Shown here: piece by piece, positions 1 to 10,358 of the stretch | Layout: every line of letters begins with the position of its first letter | Numbering within the stretch: the first letter of the stretch is position 1 | Assembly: GCA_963843145.1 (NCBI GenBank) | Contig: CAWJJC010000022.1 | Coordinates: forward strand, 160,001-224,000 | Length of the DNA: 64,000 nucleotides | Direction: 5' to 3' | DNA from: an uncultured delta proteobacterium | GTDB lineage: Bacteria > Desulfobacterota > RBG-13-43-22 | Notes under the pieces: generated by a model | What the model was told of the DNA's origin: nothing | Databases searched by the model: none | What the model saw: the letters and a program-made list of their open reading frames with translations, nothing else | Made by a program: the position numbers and the translations under genes

Positions 1-119
1 AGCATGAAAATACCAAATGCTTCACCCCGATACCCCGGCATGTCATCCTGAGCAACGCGAAGCGATTTCGTCTATTTTCGACTTAAGAGGAACGGGCGGA
101 TGAACTTGTTGTCGAACCC

Positions 120-341
120 TCAGGCTTTGTGCCGGTGAATGATCAGACCGTGGGTGGGGTCATAGAGGGAAACGCCTACCGTCACCCTATCCCCATCGAT
201 GACTCGTATTTTATAACGCTTCATGGCACCGGACAACTTAGCCGTGATGACGCCTCCATTCTCCAGGGTAATGACGTAGTTTCCCCCTCCCGTGGTTTTG
301 GTGACGCGACCTTCAACATGGACCAAATCGTCCTTGGACAA
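120..341 (-). CDS. infA: Translation initiation factor IF-1, divergent paralogue
   Basis: 73 aa S1/OB-fold pattern (VEGRV...LENG...AKLSGAMKRYKIRVIDGDRVTV.VSLYD..HGLI); TTG start with GAGAAGGG upstream. Confidence 0.9.
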   Translation of the reverse strand: MSKDDLVHVEGRVTKTTGGGNYVITLENGGVITAKLSGAMKRYKIRVIDGDRVTVGVSLYDPTHGLIIHRHKA

Positions 342-452
342 TATCCCTTCTCCTTATATACCTTTTTGCCGGACAGAGGAAACAAAAATATCCCTTTCTC
401 CCCGAGGAGAAATAAAAGGATAAATTTCGATATCGGTTACGAAAGCGGCTGG

Positions 453-797
453 CTAATAGCGGCCGCGGGGTTTGGAAGTCCGTCCTCTTCCGCCGCCTCC
501 CCCCGGGCGGCCCTGCCCTCCTTTATAGCCGCCGCCATCCTCACGCGGCGTTTGCGGACGGGCTTCGGACACTGTCAGCGCGCGTCCGTCAAATTCTTTC
601 CCGTTCATCTTTTCAATGGCCTCCGCGGCTTCGGCCTCCGAATTCATTTCCACAAACCCAAAACCCTTGCTGAGCCCGCTGTAGCGATCCGTTATGATTT
701 TGGCGGATTGCACTGTCCCGAAAGGGGTGAAAAGATCCTTCAGCGATTCGTCCGTGACAGTGAAACGAAGGTTCCCCACATATAATTTATTACCCAT
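453..797 (-). CDS. RRM (RNP-1) RNA-binding protein with Gly/Arg-rich tail
   Basis: RNP2 KLYVGNL, RNP1 KGFGFVEM, C-terminal GGGGRGR; AAGGAGG Shine-Dalgarno. Confidence 0.95.
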   Translation of the reverse strand: MGNKLYVGNLRFTVTDESLKDLFTPFGTVQSAKIITDRYSGLSKGFGFVEMNSEAEAAEAIEKMNGKEFDGRALTVSEARPQTPREDGGGYKGGQGRPGGGGGRGRTSKPRGRY

Positions 798-1151
798 ACA
801 CCCTCCTTAAAGCCATAGGTTTCAGTTAAAGAGGTCGTGGGCAGAAGGACCAGGAACTCTTTAAAGGCAGTACTATTTCGATCCATTTATAACAAATTTT
901 CTTCTCCTAATCCAGTATTATCTTTGAGGCGGCGCCCTTTTAGTGAGTTCTCCCGCCTGCCTATCTGGTCTGGCCGATCTTAAGTTAATCATCCCCATCG
1001 ACTTCCAAGTATATCCAATTCTCCGGCAATCAGCTAGCCGTTTACCGCCCTTCTCTTTTACCTGAATTAAAAGGCGCACCAATTTCCGTAACTCTTCCTT
1101 TCCAGAATACCAAAATTTTGAAAAATTTCCAGCAACTATCTCTCTTTTTCC

Positions 1152-1210
1152 TTGACAAGGCCCCTTTTTCTTATATATTAAACATAAGTGGGGAATTGTG
1201 GGGATTTGTG
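1152..1210 (+). promoter_or_regulatory. dcw sigma70 promoter with MraZ-type binding repeats
   Basis: TTGACA (1152-1157), 16 bp spacer, TATATT (1174-1179); GTGGGG at 1188 and 1198 and GTG at 1208 with a 10 bp period, typical of MraZ boxes. Confidence 0.8.
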
Positions 1211-1243
1211 TTTTCATTTTCCAAACTAAGGGGAGTTTAAACG

Positions 1244-1684
1244 TTGTTTCGAGGCCGTTCGCTTCATTTGATCGATCAAAAAGGCCGGTTGAATATTCCG
1301 ACCCGCTTTCGCGAGATTTTGAAGGCCAAAGGGGATGGCCGTTTAATCGTCACTAACTGGGAGGATTGTCTGGCCGCCTATCCTTACGAAGAATGGCAGC
1401 GAATCGAAGATAAGATGAGTCAATTGTCTTCCGTGGACCGGGATATTCGATCCTTCAAACGTTTCTTCATTTCCGGGGCCTGCGAATGCAGCCTGGACAG
1501 CCAAAGTCGGATCCTGATTCCACCGGCTTTGCGGGAATTTGCCGGCCTGGAAAAAGAAGTCATAGTGGCCGGTCAGTTGAAATATTTTGAAATTTGGGAC
1601 AAGTTAAAAATCGAGGAAGAGCTAAAAAGGGTCCAAACCAATTTACCGGCATTAGAAAACAAAATTGCCACACTGGGGCTGTAA
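1244..1684 (+). CDS. mraZ: Division/cell wall cluster transcriptional repressor MraZ
   Basis: MFRG start, two DxxxR motifs (IDQKGRLNIP, LDSQSRILIP), first gene of the dcw cluster. Confidence 0.97.
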   Translation: MFRGRSLHLIDQKGRLNIPTRFREILKAKGDGRLIVTNWEDCLAAYPYEEWQRIEDKMSQLSSVDRDIRSFKRFFISGACECSLDSQSRILIPPALREFAGLEKEVIVAGQLKYFEIWDKLKIEEELKRVQTNLPALENKIATLGL

Positions 1685-1692
1685 GAAAGACT

Positions 1693-2643
1693 ATCGAAGC
1701 ACGAGTTCATCAACCGGTCTTAGTCAGTGAGGTTCTCGGCTATCTTCCCCGGGGGGAGGGGAAGATTATCGTGGATGGCACCGTAGGCACCGGGGGGCAC
1801 ACCTTGGCCATCTTGCAGCATTTTCCTGAAACCACCCGCGTGCTGGGGTTCGACCGCGATGCTGAAAGCTTAGCTTTCGCCCGGGAGCGTCTGAAACCCT
1901 TTGCTGAGCGAGTGACCCTAGTCCAAGGTGCCTTTGGAGAACTGGCGGGACTCTGTTCCCAGGCAGGGTTCCGTCAGGTGGATGGGATCTTATTGGATCT
2001 GGGTTTTTCCTCTTATCAGTTGGCTGCCACCGGTCGGGGATTCAGTTTTCAGCGGACTGATCCTTTGGATATGCGTCTGGATCAAACCCAGGGCCACACC
2101 GCCCTGGATTGGTTGAACCACCTGGATGAGCGGACCTTGGCCGACCGTTTGTTTGAATATGGGGAGGAGCGCCGTTCCCGCCGGATTGCTCGAGAAATCA
2201 TGGCAACCCGCCGGTTGCGTTCCTTGGAAAATACCCAGGATTTGGTGGAGGCCGTCCTGCGGGCCATCCCACCCCGTTGGCGGGAAAAACGCCTGCACCC
2301 GGCGACCCGTACTTTTCAAGCGCTCCGTATCTTGGTTAACGATGAGCTTAACCAATTGCGTCATTTTCTGGAAAGCTTTGCCCGGCTCCTGGCGACGGGG
2401 GGCCGGGTCTGTTTGATTGCCTACCATTCCCTGGAAGACCGTCTGATCAAGCAGGCCTTTCAATCTTTGGAAAAGGGGTTCAACCCATTTGAAGAATCCG
2501 CCGGCGAGGCTGTCCAATCGTTTCTTCCTTTTCGACGGTTGACCAGAAAACCGGTTACCCCCAGCCGGGAGGAAATAGTAAATAACCCTCGGGCCCGGGG
2601 GGCCAAACTCAGGGTTGGGGAACGATACGAGTTAAACCATTGA
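1693..2643 (+). CDS. rsmH: 16S rRNA m4C1402 methyltransferase RsmH (start uncertain)
   Basis: HQPVL, DGTVGTGGH, DLGFSSYQ, HPATRTFQALRI, YHSLEDR and NPRARGAKLR motifs. No canonical start near the conserved N-terminus; ATC 1693 is proposed. Confidence 0.93.
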   Translation: MEARVHQPVLVSEVLGYLPRGEGKIIVDGTVGTGGHTLAILQHFPETTRVLGFDRDAESLAFARERLKPFAERVTLVQGAFGELAGLCSQAGFRQVDGILLDLGFSSYQLAATGRGFSFQRTDPLDMRLDQTQGHTALDWLNHLDERTLADRLFEYGEERRSRRIAREIMATRRLRSLENTQDLVEAVLRAIPPRWREKRLHPATRTFQALRILVNDELNQLRHFLESFARLLATGGRVCLIAYHSLEDRLIKQAFQSLEKGFNPFEESAGEAVQSFLPFRRLTRKPVTPSREEIVNNPRARGAKLRVGERYELNH

Positions 2644-2972
2644 AATCCATTCTTAAGCCACAGCCTCATACCCGAAAGAAGCGCACCCAGGAACCCGGAC
2701 GGACCATTCCTTCCGTTTTAAAATATGCCGTCCCGCTGGCTTTCGTTTTGGTGATCGGCCTAATTTTTTATGTCTGGCTTCAAGTTCAAATGGTGGGGTT
2801 GAGTTACGAGATTTCCAAGGCCCAAAACCAAAGAAAGGAACTGGTGGAGACCAATAAGAAACTACGCATCCAATGGGCCAGCCTGAGATCACCGGACCGC
2901 ATTGAACAGATTGCCTTAAATCAATTGGGCCTGCGTCCTCCGGAACGGGGACAAATCGAGATCCTCCCATGA
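2640..2972 (+). CDS. ftsL: Cell division protein FtsL
   Basis: Basic N-terminus, single TM helix, coiled coil and LRSPDRIEQIA motif; lies between rsmH and ftsI. Confidence 0.9.
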   Translation: MKSILKPQPHTRKKRTQEPGRTIPSVLKYAVPLAFVLVIGLIFYVWLQVQMVGLSYEISKAQNQRKELVETNKKLRIQWASLRSPDRIEQIALNQLGLRPPERGQIEILP

Positions 2973-4951
2973 ACGCGCCGGAATTCAAATGGATCCACTT
3001 CCGCCTTTACCTGATTTTGGGACTGGGTTGTTTTTTATTTGTGGTTGTCGTCCTCCGGGCCGGGCAACTGCAGCTTTTAGAGGGCCCTCGGTTGTCGAAA
3101 TATGCCGACCATGAATTTCGCAAACAAATTCCACGAACCCATAAAAGAGGGATTATCTTCGACCGTAATCGCAATGAATTGGCGCTAACGGTAGAGATGG
3201 AATCCATTTTTGTGCATCCGAAAGAGGTGGCCGATCCGGAGCTGGTCGCCCTGCGGCTTGCGCCCGCTTTGGGTCTGGATCGGCGGCGGCTTCTCTCTCA
3301 AATGGCCCAGGGGAGGCCCTTCTTATTTTTGAAAAGACGAGCTACCCCGGATCAGGTTGAGGCGGTACGGGCCCAGGGTTTGCCTGGGGTGGCCTTTACC
3401 AAGGAGGCTCAGCGTTTCTACCCCTATTCGGATCTGGCCTGCCACGTTATCGGCATGGTGGGCTCCGATCCCGACGGACTGGAAGGCATTGAGCGGCAAT
3501 ACAATACCTACCTGAAGAGCCCTTTTCTTTATGAAGCCAGCGTCCGAGACGCCCTGGGGCGTTCCCTCTATCTCAAGGACGTGGAGGCCGTCCAGGAAAA
3601 CGAGGGGCACAGCCTCATCTTGACCCTGGATAAAAATATTCAATATCTGGCGGAAAAAGAGCTGAAAAAAGGAGTGACCAAAGCCCAGGCCAAAGGCGGG
3701 ATGGCCGTTGTCCTCAACCCCAAGACCGGCGAGGTCCTGGCCCTGGCCAATCAGCCCGCCTACAATTTAAATGCCGCCAAGAGTTTCCCGCTACCCAACC
3801 GCCGAAACCAGGTGATCACCGATACCTTTGAGCCGGGCTCCACTTTTAAGACCTTTTTGATGGCGGCCGCCTTAGAGGAGAAAAAATTTAATCCCAACGA
3901 AATGATTTTCTGTGAAAACGGGTCCTATCACGTCGGGTCTCACGTCATTCACGATGCGCACAAACACGGCTGGCTTTCCTTCGCCGATGTCCTCAAGGTT
4001 TCGAGCAATATCGGTGCTACCAAAATCGGCCGGAAGGTGGGTCCGAAGACTTTTTATTCGTACATCAAGAAATTCGGATTCGGCGCTCCCACCCGAATCG
4101 ACCTGCCGGGCGAAGTACCCGGGTTAGTCTGGCCCTATCAACGGTGGGGCGAAATCGAAGCTTCCAATATTTGCTTCGGTCAGGGAATTTCGGTATCGGC
4201 CCTGCAACTGATTACCGCTTTGGGCGCTATTGCCAACGATGGTCGTTTAATGAAACCCTACCTGGTTTCTCAGATCTTGGACCAGAAAGGGCAGCCGGCT
4301 AAAACCTTTAGTCCTCAACCGGTTCGCCAGGTCTTGTCGCCGGAAACCGCCCGCTTGATGCGGCAATTACTCATCAGGGTGACTGAAACGGGGGGAACGG
4401 CACCCCAAGCGGCTATTGAGGGAATTGCCGTGGGGGGCAAAACCGGAACAGCCCAAAAAGTGGCTCCGGAAACCAGGCATTATGCCTCGGGGAAGTTTGT
4501 CTCCACCTTCATGGGTTTTTTGCCGGCGGAGGAACCGGCCCTGGTCATCCTGGTGATTATCGATGAACCGAAAGGGAGTCATTACGGCGGGGTCGTGGCC
4601 GCCCCGGTTTTCAAAGCAATTGCTGAACAGTCTTTGCCGTTGATCGGCATCAAACGCCTAACTCCGGCGGTGCCTGCCGCACCGGCGATTGAACGATCCG
4701 ATCCCACGCCCTGGGTGATGGCCCAGCGGGCTTTGGAGCAGGGGCCCGGCCCGGCGGAGCCCCAGGCCAAGAATCAACTGATGCCCGATTTGCGAGGATT
4801 GAGCCTGCGTAAGGCCGCAGAGGTTTTGAAAAACTATCCACTCGAGCCGATCCTGGAAGGAAGTGGAAAAGCGGTCTCTCAAAGGCCTTTACCGGGGACG
4901 GCGATAACCCAGGGAACCCGCTGTCAGGTGCAATTTCGTCCCTATCTTTAA
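2969..4951 (+). CDS. ftsI: Septal class B penicillin-binding protein with C-terminal PASTA domain
   Basis: RGIIFDRN, SxxK (EPGSTFK), SxN (SSN), KTGTAQ; PASTA-like MPDLRGLSLRKA. Confidence 0.95.
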   Translation: MNAPEFKWIHFRLYLILGLGCFLFVVVVLRAGQLQLLEGPRLSKYADHEFRKQIPRTHKRGIIFDRNRNELALTVEMESIFVHPKEVADPELVALRLAPALGLDRRRLLSQMAQGRPFLFLKRRATPDQVEAVRAQGLPGVAFTKEAQRFYPYSDLACHVIGMVGSDPDGLEGIERQYNTYLKSPFLYEASVRDALGRSLYLKDVEAVQENEGHSLILTLDKNIQYLAEKELKKGVTKAQAKGGMAVVLNPKTGEVLALANQPAYNLNAAKSFPLPNRRNQVITDTFEPGSTFKTFLMAAALEEKKFNPNEMIFCENGSYHVGSHVIHDAHKHGWLSFADVLKVSSNIGATKIGRKVGPKTFYSYIKKFGFGAPTRIDLPGEVPGLVWPYQRWGEIEASNICFGQGISVSALQLITALGAIANDGRLMKPYLVSQILDQKGQPAKTFSPQPVRQVLSPETARLMRQLLIRVTETGGTAPQAAIEGIAVGGKTGTAQKVAPETRHYASGKFVSTFMGFLPAEEPALVILVIIDEPKGSHYGGVVAAPVFKAIAEQSLPLIGIKRLTPAVPAAPAIERSDPTPWVMAQRALEQGPGPAEPQAKNQLMPDLRGLSLRKAAEVLKNYPLEPILEGSGKAVSQRPLPGTAITQGTRCQVQFRPYL

Positions 4952-4975
4952 GGTCCATTAGCAGAGGTTCCTGAT

Positions 4976-6502
4976 TTGAAATTATTGAAACTCATAAACG
5001 GATTGGCCCAACGATCGGTGCAGGGTCCCCTCGATCTGGAAATCACCGGGATCGCTTATGATTCGCGGAAGGTCGTTCCCGGTGGGCTTTTTGTGGCCGT
5101 TTCCGGGAATCGGCAGGACGGGCATCAGTTTATCGGCCAGGCCCTGGATCGGGGGGCCATAGCCGTGGCGGCCGAGCGGGAGATCCCCCAGGTACCGGCA
5201 GCGATTGCTCGCATCACCGTGCCTGACAGCCGGGAAGCCCTGGCCCGATTCGCCGCCGCCTTTTATGATCACCCGGCCAAAAAACTCCATCTGATCGGGA
5301 TCACCGGGACTAACGGGAAGACTACCACCGCCTATCTGCTGGAATCGATCCTCAAGGCCTCGGGGGTCCGGGTCGGAGTCCTGGGCACCATCGAATACCG
5401 GATCGGGTCCCGAATCTGGCCGGCACCGGTCACTACACCGGAATCTCTGGATTTGCAGTATTACCTTTCCGAGATGGTGGGAGAGGGCGCCACCCACGCG
5501 GTCATGGAGGTCTCCTCCCATGCCCTGGAACAGGGTCGCTGCCGGGGTTTAAACTTTGAAGTGGGGGTTTTTACCAACCTGACCCGGGATCACCTGGATT
5601 ACCATCAAAACATGGAGGCCTATTATCAGGCCAAAGCCAGGCTCTTCTTTCACTACCTGGGCGAAACGGCCATTAATCCGGGGACTCGGGCCATCATCAA
5701 CCGAGATGACCCTTTTGGAGAAAGGCTCTGGTCGGAAGCCGCGGTCCCCAAAAGAGATTACGGGTTGGAGAAGGACACGGCCTATCGCCCCTTAACCGTA
5801 CACACTAGTTTTCAGGGGACTCAGGCCAAAATTCAAACCCCCCGGGGCGTATTTGAAGTGACTTCGCCGTTGATCGGCCGGCATAATGTCTATAACTTTT
5901 TAGCCGCCTGGGCCGCGGGAGAAGCTCTTTATTTGCCGACTGAGCGGCTTCAGGAAGGGATCCGATCTCTGGACAAGGTCCCTGGACGCATGGAACCGGT
6001 GCCCAACTCGAAAGACCTGTCCATTTTGGTGGACTATGCCCATACCCCCGAGGCGTTGCGTTTTGCCCTCACGTCCCTTAAAGAATTGACCCCCAAAAAA
6101 ATTATTACCGTCTTTGGGTGCGGCGGCGACCGCGATGCCACCAAGCGGCCGCACATGGGACAGATTGCCGGCGAATTAAGCCAATTGGCGATTATCACCT
6201 CGGACAATCCCCGGTCGGAGGACCCGCTGAATATCATTGCCGATATTGAAGCCGGGGTCAGGGGAAAAAAAATGCACCGCTATGACTCCGCTGTCCTGGA
6301 GCAAATGCCCAATCAACCCGGATATGTCGTCATTCCTGACCGCCGGCAGGCCATCCAACAGGCGGTTCACTGGGCCGGGACCGGGGAAGTGATTTTGATC
6401 GCCGGCAAGGGCCATGAAAATGTTCAACTGATAGGCGGGCAAACCCTCTCTTTTGATGATCGTCAGGAGGCCCTGAAGGCCACGGAGGCCTCTCGTGTTT
6501 AA
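4976..6502 (+). CDS. murE: UDP-MurNAc-dipeptide:meso-DAP ligase MurE
   Basis: GITGTNGKTT, MEVSSH, DYAHTP, DNPR (meso-DAP specificity), AGKGHE. Confidence 0.97.
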   Translation: MKLLKLINGLAQRSVQGPLDLEITGIAYDSRKVVPGGLFVAVSGNRQDGHQFIGQALDRGAIAVAAEREIPQVPAAIARITVPDSREALARFAAAFYDHPAKKLHLIGITGTNGKTTTAYLLESILKASGVRVGVLGTIEYRIGSRIWPAPVTTPESLDLQYYLSEMVGEGATHAVMEVSSHALEQGRCRGLNFEVGVFTNLTRDHLDYHQNMEAYYQAKARLFFHYLGETAINPGTRAIINRDDPFGERLWSEAAVPKRDYGLEKDTAYRPLTVHTSFQGTQAKIQTPRGVFEVTSPLIGRHNVYNFLAAWAAGEALYLPTERLQEGIRSLDKVPGRMEPVPNSKDLSILVDYAHTPEALRFALTSLKELTPKKIITVFGCGGDRDATKRPHMGQIAGELSQLAIITSDNPRSEDPLNIIADIEAGVRGKKMHRYDSAVLEQMPNQPGYVVIPDRRQAIQQAVHWAGTGEVILIAGKGHENVQLIGGQTLSFDDRQEALKATEASRV

Positions 6503-7898
6503 TACCGGTGCCTGGCCCTGGTCCCAGATCCTGCAAAACCTCTCCGGGGGATTGGTCCAGGGGGATTTGGGCTTCCCGGCCTTGGGGGTATCCACGGACA
6601 GCCGGACGATTCAACCCGGTAACCTCTTCGTGGCCCTCTCCGGACCTCATTTCGATGGCCGGACCTTCCTCTCCCAAGCATTTGAACGGGGAGCGGCCGG
6701 TGCCTTGGTTTCCACCCCCTGTACCCGGGATTCGATACCGGTCGATAAGATTATCATCGAGGTTGAAGATACCCTTAAGGCCTTGGGGGACCTGGCCCAT
6801 CTCTGGCGGAAGCGGTTTTCTGTCCCGGTGATCGCGCTCACCGGCAGCAATGGGAAAACCACTACCAAGGAAATGCTGGCCGGCATCCTGGAGCCGACCG
6901 GCGCTACTTTAAAAAATCCGGGTAACTTGAACAACCTGATCGGCTTGCCTCTGACCCTGCTGGGTCTCGGGCCCGAGCACCGGTTTGCGGTTCTGGAGAT
7001 GGGGATGAACCGGTCCGGAGAGATCCGTCGTTTGAGCGCAATCGCCGTTCCCACGGTGGGCTTGATAACGAACATCGGCCCGGCTCACTTGGAAGGGTTA
7101 GGATCCCTGGAGGCCATCGCCCAGGCCAAAGGCGAACTTTTTGAAGCCTTGACCCGGGAAGACTGGGCGGTTATTAATCAGGATGATCCGCGGATCCTGG
7201 AATTGTCTGCCGTCTGTCAAAGCCAAAAAATTACCTTCGGGCTGAACTCCCGGGCCGAAGTCCGGGCCGAAGGAATTCAACCGGCCGGCTCCGGGGTTGT
7301 ATTTTTTCTCTGCTTTCAGGGACAGCGCCGAGAGATCCGGATACCGCTTCCCGGCCGCCACAATGTCAGCAATGCCGTGGCCGCCGCTGCGGTCGCCCTG
7401 GTCCTGGGATTGTCTATCGACCGGATTCAACGAGGACTGGAAGACTTCAGCCCTCCGGTCCATCGGCTTCAAGTGCGACCCGGGCGACGGGGCGCTCATT
7501 TGCTTGACGACAGTTACAACGCCAACCCGGCTTCCGTTCAAGTCGCCTTGAGCACCTTTCAATCCTTGAGGCAGGATCGACGAGGGGGAATGGTGCTGGG
7601 GGACATGCTGGAGTTAGGGGGTTTTTCCCTAACGGCCCACCAGGAAATCGGGACACGGATCGGCGACCTGGGGATTGATTACCTGGTGACCATCGGGCAA
7701 CACACTCCGGCCCTTATGACCGAGGCCCTTAAGGGTGACCGTCCGCCATCCAAGGCGTTTCACTGCAGCTCGCCGACGGAGTTGCTGGAACAGCTCGACC
7801 GGCTAATCCAGGCCGGCGATTGGGTCCTGATCAAAGGATCGCACGGGATGGCCCTGGAGACCATCGTGGCGGCCCTCCAACCCGAGGAGCAGGGATAA
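6495..7898 (+). CDS. murF: UDP-MurNAc-tripeptide:D-Ala-D-Ala ligase MurF
   Basis: [36 protein letters not shown]. Confidence 0.97.
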   Translation: MFNTGAWPWSQILQNLSGGLVQGDLGFPALGVSTDSRTIQPGNLFVALSGPHFDGRTFLSQAFERGAAGALVSTPCTRDSIPVDKIIIEVEDTLKALGDLAHLWRKRFSVPVIALTGSNGKTTTKEMLAGILEPTGATLKNPGNLNNLIGLPLTLLGLGPEHRFAVLEMGMNRSGEIRRLSAIAVPTVGLITNIGPAHLEGLGSLEAIAQAKGELFEALTREDWAVINQDDPRILELSAVCQSQKITFGLNSRAEVRAEGIQPAGSGVVFFLCFQGQRREIRIPLPGRHNVSNAVAAAAVALVLGLSIDRIQRGLEDFSPPVHRLQVRPGRRGAHLLDDSYNANPASVQVALSTFQSLRQDRRGGMVLGDMLELGGFSLTAHQEIGTRIGDLGIDYLVTIGQHTPALMTEALKGDRPPSKAFHCSSPTELLEQLDRLIQAGDWVLIKGSHGMALETIVAALQPEEQG

Positions 7899-7903
7899 GG
7901 GCC

Positions 7904-8983
7904 ATGCTCTACCAGCTTCTCTATTCACTCCACACCCAATTTTCCTTCTTCAACGTCTTTCGGTACATCACGTTAAGAACCATCTACGCCACCCTGACGG
8001 CCCTGATAATTACCTTCTTTTTAGGGCCGGTCGTGATCCGTCTGTTGGCTCGGCATCAGATCGGTCAGTACATCCGGGAGGAGGGCCCCCAGTCGCATCT
8101 AAATAAAAAGGGGACCCCTACCATGGGCGGCATCCTGATCCTTTTTGCCGTCACCTTGGCTACCCTGTTCTGGGCGGACCTGACCAACCTGTATATCTGG
8201 TTGGTCCTTTTGGTCACGCTGGGTTTCGGTCTTGTCGGTTTCATAGATGATTACCGGATGCTGATCAAGAAAAGAAACAAGGGGTTGAGCGGACGGAGCA
8301 AAATGTTCCTGCAGATCCTCCTGGCCCTGATCCCGGCCGTAATTTTGGTCCTCCATTTTCAATACAATACGCGCTTGAACATTCCCTTTTTTAAAACCCT
8401 GACTCCGGATCTGGGCTGGGGATATGTCCTGCTGGCCGTTTTCATTATCGTCGGGACCTCCAATGCCGTAAACCTGACCGACGGTCTGGACGGATTGGCT
8501 ATCGGTCCGGCCACCATCGCCTTCGGGACCTACCTGCTTTTTAGCTATTGTACCGGGCACTTGAAGATCGCCAATTACCTTCAGATTCTCTATGTCCCCG
8601 GAGCGGGAGAACTGGCTATTTTTTGCGGAGCCCTGGTCGGCGCCGGCATCGGCTTCCTCTGGTTTAACGCCTACCCGGCCCAGATCTTTATGGGGGATGT
8701 AGGCTCCCTGTCCCTGGGGGCGGCCCTGGGCACCGTATCCGTGGTTACTAAAAACGAGATTGTCCTCATCCTGGTAGGGGGTCTTTTTGTGGTGGAGGCC
8801 CTCTCGGTGATTTTCCAGGTGGGTTATTTCAAGATGACCCATGGCAAGCGGATCTTTCGGATGGCTCCTCTACACCACCACTTTGAGTTGAAGGGCTGGA
8901 GCGAACCGAAAATTATTGTCCGTTTTTGGATCATTGCCGTGATTCTGAGCTTGCTTTCCCTCAGCACGTTAAAATTGCGTTAA
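7904..8983 (+). CDS. mraY: Phospho-MurNAc-pentapeptide transferase MraY
   Basis: [37 protein letters not shown]; ATG 7904 is the likely start. Confidence 0.98.
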   Translation: MLYQLLYSLHTQFSFFNVFRYITLRTIYATLTALIITFFLGPVVIRLLARHQIGQYIREEGPQSHLNKKGTPTMGGILILFAVTLATLFWADLTNLYIWLVLLVTLGFGLVGFIDDYRMLIKKRNKGLSGRSKMFLQILLALIPAVILVLHFQYNTRLNIPFFKTLTPDLGWGYVLLAVFIIVGTSNAVNLTDGLDGLAIGPATIAFGTYLLFSYCTGHLKIANYLQILYVPGAGELAIFCGALVGAGIGFLWFNAYPAQIFMGDVGSLSLGAALGTVSVVTKNEIVLILVGGLFVVEALSVIFQVGYFKMTHGKRIFRMAPLHHHFELKGWSEPKIIVRFWIIAVILSLLSLSTLKLR

Positions 8984-8993
8984 GGACGATGCT

Positions 8994-10358
8994 TTGGATT
9001 TCAGCGGAAAAAAAATATTGGTAGTCGGTTTAGGCAAAACGGGCCTGGCATTGACGGAATATTTAAAACGGCAGGGGTCCCGGGTCTTGGTCTCCGATTC
9101 CCGTTCACGAGAGGAACTGAAACCGCTGGTGTCCTCTGCTCTGGAAGGCACCTCCCCCTGGATCATTGAGGGCGGGGGGCATACGGTCGACTTTTTTCTC
9201 CAGGCCGACCTCATCCTGGTCAGTCCCGGGATTCCTTTGGACATTCTTCCGTTAAAAGCGGCCAGGGAAAAAGGAATCCCCATCTGGGGGGAACTGGAGC
9301 TTTTTTCGAGGAAATGTCGGACCCCGATCATTGCCGTTACCGGGACCAATGGGAAAACAACCACTACCGCCTTGATCAACGAAATGCTTCTGGAGGGTGG
9401 ATTTTCGACCTTTCTGGGAGGGAATATCGGTCGGCCCTTGGTGGAGTACCTCTTGAACGGCCAGGATAAAAACTTTGTAGTCGCCGAGATCAGCAGTTTT
9501 CAATTGGATACGGCCCGACATTTTCGCCCTCGGGTAGGCGTGCTGTTAAATATTACCGAAGACCACCTGGATCGCTATCCCGATTTTCAGGGTTATATCC
9601 ATTCCAAAGCCGGTCTCTTCCGCAATCAGGGTGAAGACAACGCCGCGGTTTTGAACTGGGATGATCCGTTGGTGCGCGGGATCGGGCAGCAGTTGAGAGT
9701 CCCGGTTTATTATTTCAGCCGGACCGAGCCCCTGACCCTGGGCGCCTATCTGGATCAGGATCGGCTGCGTTTAAATCTCAGCGGGTCGGCGGAAGAGTAT
9801 GATCTGCGGGCCTTTTCCTTGTCCGGCGTCCATAATCGGGAAAATGCCCTGGCGGCTGTCCTGGGCGCCCGGCTGTTGGGGGCCGCCTCTGAGGATATAC
9901 AACGGGCCTTGGAGCAGTTTAAAGGTTTCGGGCACCGCCTGGAGTGGGTGGCCGAGGTCCGGGGAATTCAATTCTTCGATGACTCCAAGGGGACCAACGT
10001 GGGGGCCGTGGTGAAGGCCCTGGAAGGTTTTTCCCAGCCGGTGATCCTGATTGCCGGAGGCCGCGACAAAGGGGGAGATTACGGACCCTTAAAGGGGCTG
10101 ATTCGGGGGAAAGTCAAGTCCCTTATCTTGATTGGGGAGGCTCGGGAAAAAATGCGAGAACAGTTGGGGAATCTGACCTCCACTGAGTTGGCCGATTCCC
10201 TGGAAGCGGCGGTTTTCCGGTCTTTCAGACAGGGGGAACCTGGAGACGTAGTTCTTCTTTCCCCAGGCTGTTCCAGCTTTGATATGTTCAGGGACTACAC
10301 CCAGCGGGGCGAGGTCTTTCAACAGGCGGTCAGACAGCTAAAAAGGACTCATGAATAA
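8994..10358 (+). CDS. murD: UDP-MurNAc-L-Ala:D-Glu ligase MurD
   Basis: VVGLGKTG, TGTNGKTTT, EISSFQL, DDSKGTN, LSPGCSSFD. Confidence 0.97.
   Translation: MDFSGKKILVVGLGKTGLALTEYLKRQGSRVLVSDSRSREELKPLVSSALEGTSPWIIEGGGHTVDFFLQADLILVSPGIPLDILPLKAAREKGIPIWGELELFSRKCRTPIIAVTGTNGKTTTTALINEMLLEGGFSTFLGGNIGRPLVEYLLNGQDKNFVVAEISSFQLDTARHFRPRVGVLLNITEDHLDRYPDFQGYIHSKAGLFRNQGEDNAAVLNWDDPLVRGIGQQLRVPVYYFSRTEPLTLGAYLDQDRLRLNLSGSAEEYDLRAFSLSGVHNRENALAAVLGARLLGAASEDIQRALEQFKGFGHRLEWVAEVRGIQFFDDSKGTNVGAVVKALEGFSQPVILIAGGRDKGGDYGPLKGLIRGKVKSLILIGEAREKMREQLGNLTSTELADSLEAAVFRSFRQGEPGDVVLLSPGCSSFDMFRDYTQRGEVFQQAVRQLKRTHE

Noticed and set aside
40-62. TGTCATCCTGAGCAACGCGAAG resembles half of a REP-like palindromic element (GTCATCCTGA recurs at 21244)
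   Set aside because: It is short, at the window edge, and no partner arm is visible, so it cannot be supported.
129-785. 218-aa plus-strand ORF
   Set aside because: Antisense shadow of infA and the RRM gene, with no recognisable motifs.
918-1217. 99-aa minus-strand ORF upstream of mraZ
   Set aside because: It overlaps the dcw promoter and MraZ boxes, and has no motif or ribosome-binding site.
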